Below are positions 12,745-23,866 of a DNA stretch of 64,000 nucleotides, piece after piece; the first letter of the stretch is position 1, and the number at the start of each line of letters is the position of its first letter. The position numbers were made by a program, and so were the translations under genes. A model generated the notes under the pieces. It worked only from the letters and a program-made list of their open reading frames with translations. It had not been told where the DNA came from and ran no database searches. Source of the stretch: Octopus sinensis (taxonomy: Eukaryota); contig NC_043005.1 of the NCBI RefSeq assembly GCF_006345805.1, forward strand, positions 100,440,001-100,504,000, read 5' to 3'.

Positions 12745-12790
12745 TGAGTATACTGATGATCCCTAATTGGTGAAAGCATGTCCATAATCA
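12745..12790 (+). ncRNA. degenerate hammerhead-like motif
   Basis: TGAGTATA-CTGATGA-TCC.CTAATT.GGT-GAAA-GCATG-TC-CATAATCA; 6 of 8 stem I pairs, weak stems II and III. Confidence 0.35.
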
Positions 12791-13401
12791 TACCTTTTCC
12801 CTACAATAAAAATCAGTCTTTCCTTCCTCTAAACATATAAATCAACCTTGAAAAATTGATTCTTCATTTATTAAAATTATTTTCTCTTTTTCTTTGAAAT
12901 TTGCCAACAATTTCTGTTGTACTTTTTTTTTGTTGTTGTCTTTCTTCAACTAAGAAGGAAATTTTTATCAATGAAAAAAATTTCACACATGACATTCAGT
13001 GCACCACCCACCCCTTAATTCAAATATTTTTCTACAGAATTCTTTGTCATTGTCCTGAAGTCATTGTCACAACTTGATAAGGAAATTATGATGTTGATGA
13101 TGATGATGGTAATAGTATCATCATTGTATATACACTTTCCATGCTGACATGGTCTGGACAGGTCATTGTGGCTTGAATTTCTTCTTATCCATAAATGGGC
13201 CAGAGACCCACATCTCACTCATACAGTATTTTCCAGCATGCAAGTCAACATAGTATTTAGTGTAAACGTTTGAACATGATCACAATTTTTCCAAATCATG
13301 CTGCATTTCACATGGAAATTTTGATCTTCCAAAACCATCTTGGTGATTAATTTGCCCTACCACTTTTTAGCTGTATAATTTGGTCTGAAAAATTCAACTT
13401 G

Positions 13402-13794
13402 TATACTCTTTTACTTGTTTCAGTCATTAGACTGTGGCCTTGCTGCAGCACCGTCTTTAGTCGAGCAAGTTGACCCCAGGACTTATTCTTTGTAAGCCTA
13501 GTACTTATTCTATCAGTCTCTTTTGCCAAACCACTAAGTTACGGGGACGTAAACACACCAGCATCAGCTGTCAAGTGATGTTGGGGGGAAACACAGACAC
13601 ACAAACATACACACACACACACACATATATACATATATACGACTGGCTTCTTTCAGTTTCCATCTACCAAATCCACTCACAAGGCTTTGGTTGGCCCGAG
13701 GCTATAGCAGAAAACACTTGCCCAATGTGCCACATAGTAGGACTGAACCCGGAACCATGTGGTTCGTAAGCCAGCTACTTACCACACAGCCACT
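13402..13794 (-). mobile_element. SINE family A
   Basis: Full-length match. Confidence 0.85.
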
Positions 13795-14035
13795 GTTCCA
13801 ACTTTGACTTTGTTTCTATGGCTGAATGCCCTTCCTATCATCAACTCCTAAGCAGGGTGTACTGTATGCATTTTCTTATTGCACCAACATTTGGAAAGTT
13901 GTCATGTACTGTAATTAAGCCATTAAAATTAGAGTTCATATAACTGATAACTTTATTGATTAAATTTATTGCTCGAAGGCTAGCATTAATTATACAGTTA
14001 AACTTATATTACAGAAAATAGGCAACTATCATTAA

Positions 14036-14291
14036 CCCTTTTTGATACCAATGAGCTTGAGACCATCTTTGGTTCTATGATAGAAAATTCCTGTTTGAAA
14101 ACGATTTCAAATCTTCCATCAAAATTTCCTGTTTTAAAATGATTAGAATCTTCCATCAACATATCATACTAATTTATACTCCAAATACCATCTTAAACAA
14201 ATGACAAAGTTAGTTTACTAAATTGTTTATTATTTTCAAAATTAACTGGAACAAAGTCAGTGTATTTCAAGAGAAATCTGGTAATAAAGGG
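14036..14291. mobile_element. piggyBac-type MITE (degenerate)
   Basis: TTAA|CCCTTTTTGATACCA ... TGGTAATAAAGGG|TT: short CCC/GGG TIRs next to a TTAA site. Confidence 0.5.
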
Positions 14292-14616
14292 TTTTTAATT
14301 ATGTAGCAATGGTACTACCTATGTTACATATTTTTGTATATAGGTAAAATATGTCAGTATTTCACGCAGAGATTAGTGTCATACTTCTTTATATGGTCAG
14401 CAGCTACGTGAGAAAAGAGCTGCAGTAAAAATAAAATCAATGTGGAGCAAATAAAGGAGAAATCTAAATAAACGGGGGAAGAAACATTGCTTTGGTATCA
14501 AGCAAATGTTGCCAACTAAGATAGACATAACGATAAAACTGAAGAGGAAATAGAAAGAGAAATTAGAACAAAAACAACTTGAGATGAAAGAAAGCATGTC
14601 ACTCAATGGGAAAGGC

Positions 14617-14619
<3 letters not shown>

Positions 14620-14653
<34 letters not shown>

Positions 14654-14937
14654 CGTGTGAGTGTATATGTCTGTGAATATATATATATATATAAACGTAT
14701 ATATAAATGTGTGTGTGTATATATATATACACATACATTAACTATATATATGTATATATATATGTATGTATATATATATATATGTGTGTGTATCATCATC
14801 ATCATCATCATCAACAGACGCTAAACGATGATGATGATACACACACATATATATGTATATATATATACACATACATATATATATATATATGTATATATAT
14901 ACATATATATATACACACACACATATATATATGTATG

Positions 14938-14971
<34 letters not shown>

Positions 14972-15043
14972 TATATATATACATATATATATGTATATAT
15001 ATATATATATGTATATATATACATATATATACATATATATATG

Positions 15044-15085
<42 letters not shown>

Positions 15086-15205
15086 CATTAACTATATATA
15101 TGTATATATATATGTATGTATATATATACATATATATGTGTGTGTATCATCATCATCATCATCATCAACAGACGCTAAACGATGATGATGATACACACAC
15201 ATATA

Positions 15206-15266
<61 letters not shown>

Positions 15267-15425
15267 GTATATATATATATACATGTGTGTATATATATAT
15301 ACATGTGTGTATATATATATATGTGTGTGTGTATATATATATATATACATGTATGTGTATATATATATATATATATGTGTGTGTATATATAATATATATA
15401 TATATATATATATCCATACATACAT
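14620..15425. repeat. compound (TA/CA/CAT)n microsatellite field with an internal ~350-bp direct duplication
   Basis: ACATACATTAACTATAT...ATCAACAGACGCTAAACGATG occurs at ~14731 and ~15081. Confidence 0.85.
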
Positions 15426-15796
15426 AAATATTACAGGATAGCTTGTAGCAGTGGACAAGAGAAGTTTGAGTGAGAGAGAGGGAGGGAGGGAGGAGCTTAA
15501 ATAAAGGATTACAGGTGTTGGTTGTATAAGGATTTGATGAGAGAAACAGGTTTCTGGTGGCAGACCAAGATTAACCAATCAATAGAAGCATTGGTGAGAA
15601 AAAATGTCTACCATTGGAAGACTGCAGCCAATATCAAATTTGTTAGGGAGAAGAGGGAAGAGGTGGTTAAGCTGAACCACTATGCTTAGTAGTGACTGCT
15701 GAAGGGTTAGCCAACAGGATTATGAACCCCAAGACAAAATGTGACCTAATTCAGACTTGGATCTGTGTTGAAAATATAGATCACAAATGTGACCAA

Positions 15797-15832
<36 letters not shown>

Positions 15833-16080
15833 ATCATCATCATCATCTAATGCCTGTTCTCCCTGCTGGCATAGGTTAGACTGTTTGGCAGGGGGTGGCC
15901 AGCTGAGGAACTGCCCTCGCTCTATTTGTCTGTTTCGGCATGGTTTCTATGGCTGGATGCCCTTCCTAATGCCAACCCCTTTACAGAGTGGCACCAGTAT
16001 CGGTGCTTTTGCATGACAATGGCACTGGCCCTTTTATGTGGCACTGGCATGGTTACTTTTATGTGACATCAGTATCCATG
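15797..16080 (-). mobile_element. RTE LINE 3' UTR, diverged
   Basis: GGCTGGATGCCCTTCCTAATGCCAAC motif next to (CAT)n. Confidence 0.55.
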
Positions 16081-16865
16081 AGCATACAAAACTAAGATCT
16101 CTTAACTGAAAGAGAGATGTAGAGGGCGTAACCCTTAGAATGAATGACCCCAATTTTACTTAGCCTGATATGTGTTCTCAAGCACAGTAAACCACCAGAA
16201 GTCTCAGTCCTTTGTCATCTCCTCATCTGGAAATCCTTTCCACCACTTCATCCCACGTCTACCTGAGTTGACCCCTTCTGCTTGTTCCCCCTACAATTAG
16301 AAATCAGTACTTCTTGATGCATGGAACCTGGAATACAACCAAGCAAAAATTTAACAATTTTTTTAAAGATGGGGTCATGGAAAACTAAATACTAAGGTTT
16401 TTTGACAGAGACACAATGCTATTCCCTAATCAACATTTTTGTATGTAGGTACGCATTATTGCTCCACCCCTAAAATTTTAAAACCTGTAAAGTGCTCCAA
16501 ATGCAGATAAGAGCTCAGACGAAAACAGAAAAGAAGGAGAATGTGTGTAATAGTAATATTAATAGATACTGAGTTTAAGCAATTAGAAAGACACACACAC
16601 ACACATACACACAATTAAGATTCCGTTGAATTAGGTATTTAAATTGGGGTACCTTGTTAGGTTGGTATAATCCACACACCCAAACAATATTAATTGAATA
16701 TTGAATATCAAGACTCTGTGCAGGAGTATTTGTACCTGATATTTCTGCCATGTACGTTGACAATGCAACCCAGCTAAGTGAAGATATCTGTTCTTGGAAA
16801 TTCTATAGTATTTCTGAAATGCAGATTCCAAGTTAGGGGAATAAAATATAAATGAGTAACAGAAA

Positions 16866-17046
16866 TGTACAGGTGTCAATTCTTTACAGCCGTTTCAAGC
16901 AATTCCTGTTATTGATTAATGAAAACATTACATCATTTGAAAGAGACCATTCTTGTCTGAACGATTTCTTTCAAATGATGTAATGTTTTTATTAATCAAT
17001 AACAGGAATTGCTTGAAACGGCTGTAAAGAATTGACACATGTACAG
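16866..17046. repeat. near-perfect inverted repeat (~78-bp arms, ~22-nt loop)
   Basis: GTGTCAATTCTTTACAGCCGTTTC...TTTGAAAGA is the reverse complement of TCTTTCAAA...GAAACGGCTGTAAAGAATTGACAC, with about 2 mismatches. Confidence 0.9.
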
Positions 17047-17072
17047 CTATGTTACCCTTTTATATATATGTA

Positions 17073-17122
<50 letters not shown>

Positions 17123-17143
17123 CATACATATATATATATATAC

Positions 17144-17182
<39 letters not shown>

Positions 17183-17186
<4 letters not shown>

Positions 17187-17266
17187 TGATGAGTGCTCAA
17201 CATTTTAAAACTGTTGTAATACTTACAATGTTTAATAAAATGATGTAGCATGAAACGATCGTACCA
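17183..17266 (+). ncRNA. type I hammerhead ribozyme with extended stem II
   Basis: Stem I TGG/CCA, core CTGATGA (17186-92), stem II GTGCT...AGCAT enclosing a long hairpin, GAAAC-GATC-GTA (palindromic stem III). Predicted cleavage after 17263. Confidence 0.75.
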
Positions 17267-17411
17267 AATTACCGAAGATATTCTTGTTGCTTATTTTGAT
17301 TATAATCACCCCATGGATAACACCGTACAAAATTCTGGTGCATCTAACTTAAGTACCATATTCATTTGAATCTAAATTTTGCTGAACTTATATATATATA
17401 TATATATGTAA

Positions 17412-17443
<32 letters not shown>

Positions 17444-17504
17444 ATATATGTATCTGTGTATATATATATATACATACATACATATATATATATATATACA
17501 TACA

Positions 17505-17539
<35 letters not shown>

Positions 17540-17540
17540 T

Positions 17541-17592
<52 letters not shown>

Positions 17593-17712
17593 TTCAGCAA
17601 AATTTAGATTCAAATGAATATGGTACTTAAGTTAGATGCACCAGAATTTTGTACGGTGTTATCCATGGGGTGATTATAATCGAAATAAGCAACAAGAATA
17701 TCTTCGGTAATT

Positions 17713-17796
17713 TGGTACGATCGTTTCATGCTACATCATTTTATTAAACATTGTAAGTATTACAACAGTTTTAAAATGTTGAGCACTCATCAGCCA
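17713..17796 (-). ncRNA. hammerhead ribozyme, inverted copy
   Basis: Reverse complement of 17183-17266. Confidence 0.72.
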
Positions 17797-17906
17797 TTTA
17801 TAGAGGTTTTCCATTAATACATATACTTATTTCCATGTTATATTTCCATATACTTATTTCCATAACATGGAAATAAGTATACGTATTGATGGAAAACCTC
17901 TATAAA

Positions 17907-17990
17907 TGGCTGATGAGTGCTCAACATTTTAAAACTGTTGTAATACTTACAATGTTTAATAAAATGATGTAGCATGAAACGATCGTACCA
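17907..17990 (+). ncRNA. hammerhead ribozyme, third copy
   Basis: Identical to 17183-17266; predicted cleavage after 17987. Confidence 0.72.
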
Positions 17991-18022
17991 AATTACCGAA
18001 GATATTCTTGTTGCTTATTTTG

Positions 18023-18059
<37 letters not shown>

Positions 18060-18252
18060 CAAGCTCTAAAATGACAAAAAGAGAAAAAAATAATCATGGT
18101 TAGATTTGAACTTGGTTTCTGAGCAACAAGAAAGATGGCAGTAAACATTGTAATGTGTTATGTTAACCACCTCCTGTTACTCAAAAAATTTGTAATCAAT
18201 CAACGGGGACTGCTATTTGCATTTTGGTGACTATTTAGAACATAAAGTTTGA

Positions 18253-18470
18253 AAGGCTGTGAGCTGGCAGAAGTGTTAGCATGCCAGGTGAAATGGTTAG
18301 TGGTATTTCATTTGCCTTTACGTTCTAAGTTCAAATTCTGCCGAGGCCAACTTTGCCTTTCATTCTTTTGGAGTCGATAAATTAAATATCAGTTGCATAC
18401 TGGGGTTGATCTAATTGACTGGCCCCCCTCTCGCAAAATTTTGGGCCCTGTGCCTAGAGTAGAAAAGAAT
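18253..18470 (+). mobile_element. tRNA-derived SINE, family C (tail type 2)
   Basis: GAGCTGGCAGAAGTGTTAG (A box) ... AGTTCAAATTC (B box), central CTTTGCCTTTCATTC..GTCGATAAATTAA domain (Meta-domain-like), tail GTGCCTAGAGTAGAAAAGAAT. Confidence 0.75.
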
Positions 18471-19592
18471 ATAAAGTTTGAACATTTACAACTAATAACT
18501 GATTCACAGTTTGGGACTGACTGTCACTTTCATATCTGTTGTTTAGTTTTAGAGATTTCTACTTCAGCTTCATCAAAACAAATTAATAGTTTAACTTTTT
18601 TAATTCTTGATCTCCGTTATAACACTGAGTTGTTCTATCTCTAAGTCTTGTTAAAATTGACAGCATAGTGGTTAGACATACAGTTAATCAAATGACTTCA
18701 AATTACATCCAAATGATTTTTAGAGACTTTGTGGTGATTTAATTATAATTTGGGTTTTGTTTTGACAATTTGTTCTGAACTAGAAACAATTATCTGTTAT
18801 TATAATTCTTTGTTTCAAAATCAACAATAGAATTAACATCTGAAAACAGCTGAAGTCACAACAAATCAGACATGTGGCTAAGAACTATACAATTATAACA
18901 GTAGCTAATTAACCCTTCTCAGTTTAGCTCCAACTAACAAAACGTAAAGAAAACAAACTAAAGAAAACTTGATAACAAAAACACTTGAAAATATCTCTGA
19001 AGCCTTATCTCCTTTAATTCCCTTCATCTGTGTCCATTCTAGTTTCACTATTTTACAATGGGATTTACTGTTGTGATACTATTGTAGGGTGAATGTAGCA
19101 ACAATGCCAACAGACACAAATCTAAAAGAGTTAAGCTATTGATTTGCCCTGCCTAAGCTCAATGCCAAATTTGGGAGAAGACAGGGAATACAGTTAATTG
19201 AAGCAATGCCAGTATATAACTAATATTTGCTGATTGGCTCTAAAATGACAAAAGGAAAAAGAAACAAAAAATCATGGCTAGATTTGAACTTGCTTTCTGG
19301 GAAACAAGAAAGATGGCAGCAAACACTGTAATGTGTTATGTTAACCATGTCCTGATACTTTGAAATGACTGAAATATTAAAGTTACTCTATATTATGTAA
19401 GATAGCTTTTTGACAAGGTTTTGGAAGATTACTTGGAAACTAAGAGAAACATAGACATGACAATACAACACTGAACTAATTATTAATGAGAGATTTCATA
19501 AGAAGTTTCTTCTATAACTTCACACATTCTTAAACACTTCACCTTCAAGAAAGAACTGGACATAAACAACATAATTGCAAAGAGGTACCATC

Positions 19593-19886
19593 AGTTATTT
19601 TAACATAGTCACCAGAAGATTTCTCATTCAATAAATTTTATACATGACTGTTATAATTACTAATAACTACTATTAATTATTCTAACATGACAATCAGAAA
19701 GATTTTTATGCAGTATATTCTGCAAACAATTTTTGTAGTTACTAACAGCTATTATTAATTAATTTAATATGCTAATCAGAAAGATTTTCATTTCATGTAT
19801 AGTGCAAACAGCCATTATAGTAACTAACAGTTATCATCATTTATTTTAACATAGTAATCAGAAATATTTTCTTTCAATATAATTCA
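19593..19886. repeat. degenerate ~83-bp tandem repeat, about 4 units
   Basis: Recurrent TTAACAT..AATCAGAAAGATTTT..GCAAACA..ACTAACAG units. Confidence 0.65.
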
Positions 19887-20045
19887 TTTTCAGTTTCAAA
19901 TGTCATTGAACATGTTCTTCTATCTTAAATACATAATTAATTGCAGATTAATCAAATAAGCACAATTTCTTATGTAGGCAGGCTTCAGACTATTTCACAC
20001 ACCAAGCTATATCCAGATTCTTGTCTTCTTGTCTTGAGACAGCAT

Positions 20046-20330
20046 TCACCTGGGGTGGGTTGAGCTGGCTTCATTCATCATCAATGTTGCATCTCTCACA
20101 ACCACCGACCAGACCTGGCGATTTGAGGCTAAGGATTGCATGATCTCCAACCACTCCCTATTCCAGCGGCAAATGCCATTGACATGGAGGCCTAGGTTGG
20201 GTTTCAGATCAGCCTTGACTGTCATCAGCCAGTTTTTCGTTGTCCACCACATTGCTTTCGCCAACCCTGGGGCAATTGCTTCGTAGATAGATTCTCCTGG
20301 TTGATGAAGGAGGGCATGACCCAGCCATCG
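20046..20330 (-). pseudogene. RTE-clade LINE ORF C-terminus
   Basis: With one frameshift: PQGWRKQCGGQRK/NWLMTVKADLKPNLGLHVNGICRWNREWLEIMQSLASNRQVWSVVVRDA...*, the typical RTE 'R.RGG.RKTW...VK.DL...A.DR..W' end. Second copy at 37555-37760. Confidence 0.7.
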
Positions 20331-21324
20331 CAGATTCCAATGTAGACACCAATATACATGTTATCCATCTCTTCCTTCAGTTCAAAATTAAGTGATATAT
20401 TCAGACACGACTCAACAACGATGTGCAAAGCTTTAGATAAAGGCAGGTAAATACATTGTCAATGAAAAGCCTCACAAGTGTCTATAGAAAACCAGATCTA
20501 TAATGAACGAATGTAAGTCAACCCTTAACACTACATATTGGTGATATGTCACACATGTTTTGATAAAGTGTTTAGTTGGGGGTCATGTGACAGTTAATTA
20601 CTTAACAACAATATTAAAAACACAGACAGTTATGCTTCATATATTTTTGTTAAACTAACTTTTATTAAGACATCGATAATCTGCTCACATTCTAGAGATT
20701 GTCTGTGATAATTGCCAACACAAACAAGAATTTCCAGTATTTCATTGACCCAACAAACTCTTTGCACTATTTTCTAACCTGTTATACAATCAGACCTAAA
20801 GAACAACAACAATAACAACAACAACATCATCATCAGCAGCAGCAGCAGCCGCCGCCACTGCCACCACCACTATCACCACCACCACCACCACCATCACCAC
20901 CACCACTACCATCATCATCATCATTTCTGCAGTGGTTGCCATTACAACAGAAGCTCAAACTGCTAGATATAGCAATGGAATCGCCTTCAAACCCTACAGT
21001 CTCTTAAGATGTTAGACATACTGGAAGGTTTAGTCCAAGGATATGCTACACTTGAAAAACAAGTGTTATGTTAATGACTTGAATGCTTTTGGTCATAGGT
21101 CTGCTTGATCAGAATTTACCTAGGGTTTAATAACAACAGTTACACAACACACATAACTGGGAGCACAGGAAATCGAAAGTCTTCAGATGAAGGTATGTGG
21201 CCTCATGATTAGACTAGTGAGCCTATGGTCATAGAGTTATCGGTTCAATTTTAGGATCAGGTGGCATGATATGTCCTTGAGCAAGACACTTAATTTTACA
21301 TTGTTCCTATGTAGCAGTTGTACC

Positions 21325-21546
21325 TATTTCTTTACTGCCCACAAGGAGCTAAACACAGAGAGGACAAACAAGGACAGACAAACGGATTAAGTCAATTATA
21401 TTGACCCCAGTGCGTAACTGGTACTTATTTAATCGACCCCGAAAGGATGAAAGGCAAAGTCGACCTCGGTGGAATTTGAACTCAGAACGTAGCGGCAGAC
21501 GAAGTACCGCTAAGCACTTCACCTGGCGTGCTAACGATTCTGCCAG
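21325..21546 (-). mobile_element. SINE family C (tail type 1)
   Basis: Family C head and body; tail GTCTGTCCTTGTTTGTCC...GTAAAGAAATA; degenerate TSD AG.AGT.GTACC. Confidence 0.8.
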
Positions 21547-21942
21547 GAGTAGTACCTTGTGATAGACTGGGTCTCATTCAGTGATGCTGGTCTTATAGTT
21601 TTAGCCTAAACATTTTGAAAGTCTGGATAAGCTGAGGGCTCAATGAGACCTGGAGGCGTGTGGAAGACTTTATATGCAATCACGGCAACAAAACAAATGT
21701 GATGACAAACTAAATCATTACAAGTGAAATGCAAAACAGTTACTAACGCCACAATAAATTCACTGCACCATGTTAAACTGAAGACACCACTGTGTGCACA
21801 AACCGCACCATATTAAACTGAAGTATATAGCAAATATTATCCCTAAAGTCACTGGTTGCACTATGTTAAAATTGAAATGCATAACAACTGTTAGCATTGC
21901 AATGCACCACACAAATACTGCAATGCACCAGTTGTAGCATAT

Positions 21943-22313
21943 TTTACTCTTTTCTTCTTTTACTTGATTCAGTCATGCAACTGCAGCCATGCTGGAGCAC
22001 CGCCTTTAGTCGAGCAAATCGACCCCAGGACTTATTCTATCAGTCTCTTTTGCCAAGCGGCTAAGTGACGGGGACGTAAACACACCAGCATCGGTTGTCA
22101 GGCAATGTTTGGGGCACAAACATATATACACACATACATATATATATATACATATATAGGGCAGGCTTCTTTCAGTTTCCGTCTACCAAATCTACTCACA
22201 AGGCTTTGGTCGGCCTGAGGCTATAGTACAAGACATTTGTCCACGATGCCACGCAGTGGGACTGAACCTAGAACCATGTGGTTTGTAAGCAAGCTACTTA
22301 CCACACAGCCACT
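21943..22313 (-). mobile_element. SINE family A directly downstream of the 5S pseudogene
   Basis: Full-length match to family A. Confidence 0.85.
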
Positions 22314-22333
22314 TCTACATCTATAAATGTTTG

Positions 22334-22453
22334 ATGTTTACAGCACCTAGGTTTCCCAAGCGGTCACCCATCTAAGTACTAACTAGGCTCAACGTTGCTT
22401 AACTTTGGTGATCAGACAAGAACTGGTGCTTTGAATGGGATATGGCCGTAAGC
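22334..22453 (-). pseudogene. 5S rRNA pseudogene (full length, 120 nt)
   Basis: Minus strand GCTTACGGCCATATC...GATCACCAAAGTTAAGCAACG...TTAGTACTTAGATGGGTGACCGCTTGGGAAACCTAGGTGCTGTAAACAT is collinear with metazoan 5S rRNA (A box, C box). Many substitutions, solitary copy, no oligo-T terminator. Confidence 0.9.
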
Positions 22454-22570
22454 ATATCAAACTTATAACAACACTGTGCACCAACTGCACAATGCTAAAC
22501 TGAAATATATAGCAAATATTAACACTAAAGTATCATGTTAAAATTGAAATGCATAATAACTGTTAATACC

Positions 22571-22790
22571 TATTTCTTTACTATCCACAAGTGGCTAAAC
22601 ATAGAGGGGACAAAAAAGGACAGACAAACGGATTAAGTCGATTCCATCGACCCCAGTGTGTAACTGGTACTTAATTTATCGACCCTGAAAAGATGCAAGG
22701 CAAAGTTGACCTCGGCAGAATTTGAACTCAGAACGCTGCAGTGGATGAAATACCCCTAAGCAGTTCGCCCGGCATTCTAGCGTTTCTGCC
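22571..22790 (-). mobile_element. SINE family C (tail type 1)
   Basis: Matches 21325-21546. Confidence 0.8.
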
Positions 22791-23484
22791 ATGCAAACAC
22801 TTCCTGTGCCCCACATGTAGCATATCAAACTAATAACATCACTGTGCAGTGACTGTGTCGAGTCAAACTGAAATACAAAATTACAAACAGTACAATGCAC
22901 TGGGTGCATGAAGTTAAACCAATAACAACACAGTGTCTCAAACGTACCATGTTAAACTGATAACAACAAAGTGCATCAAGTGAAGCAAGTTTAAATATCA
23001 AACAACTGATAACAACAAAGAGTAATCGTTAGGGGAATCAGAAATAGAGTTCAACTAGGGTTAGGTAAACAACAGCTTCATATTAGAAATGCACCAATTT
23101 ATAGCTGCACCTATTGAGATACGCTAATGCTTGCACATAAGACACCCACACACATATATTCTGTCGGTGTCTTTCAAAAGGCAGGGAGATTAAAATCTAT
23201 CATTTCACAGAACAAAACAGACACATACTCACAGATACATGTGTATCATCATCATTCATATATTCATATATATGTATGTTTGTATGGTGATGAAGAATAT
23301 GATGATGATGATGATGATGATATGAAAGACCTGAATAGTAACACTGACACATGGACTCTCACAGCTATAAACTTATAAAACATAAACTCAGGAACATTTC
23401 ACTGTATATACACACTTCATACATATTGATATACACACATACATACATATATATAATAATAAGCAACAAGGATATCCAAGGTAG

Positions 23485-23572
23485 TGTAGTACAATCGTTT
23501 CCTGCTACTTCATTTTATTAAATAATGTAGGTATTACATCAGTTTTAAAATGAAGAGCAATCTTCAGCCACA
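23485..23572 (-). ncRNA. type I hammerhead ribozyme with extended stem II (diverged relative of the 17.2-kb copies)
   Basis: Minus strand TGTGG-CTGAAGA-TTGCT-CTTCATTTTA...TAAAATGAAG-T-AGCAG-GAAAC-GATT-GTA-CTACA; 5-bp stem I and pairing-preserving changes in stems I and II. Confidence 0.72.
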
Positions 23573-23599
23573 TATAGAATTTTTTAAATTGAATAGACA

Positions 23600-23806
23600 A
23601 TGCATATTTTTATACTTATTTCCTTTGCCAACATTACAAAGAGGGTAGATATATAGACAGAGAAGTTAATTTCATCATTAAGAACATGGCAGTAGAAAGT
23701 CCTTCTCCATCTATAGATTTTTTATCACTGAGTTCACTTTGTTATTTAGATTTATCAATGGGGAGGGTTTTTTTATTTGGTTCAATGGAGACAAGCAAGA
23801 ATTTTT

Positions 23807-23866
<60 letters not shown>

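Larger units (their letters stand above)
21740..23015. repeat. degenerate ~38-bp tandem repeat field interrupted by insertions
   Basis: Recurrent ACTGCACCATGTTAAACTGATAACAACACTGTGC-like units. Confidence 0.6.

Noticed and set aside
14599-15578. Long ORFs rich in Y/I/H/T/C/V (up to 244 aa); similar ones at 17.4, 24.5, 26.7, 34.2 and 36.0 kb
   Set aside because: Translations of (TA)n/(CA)n microsatellites that lack stops by construction.
22334-22453. Functional 5S rRNA gene
   Set aside because: Solitary, many substitutions including CpG decay, and no oligo-T terminator; treated as a pseudogene.
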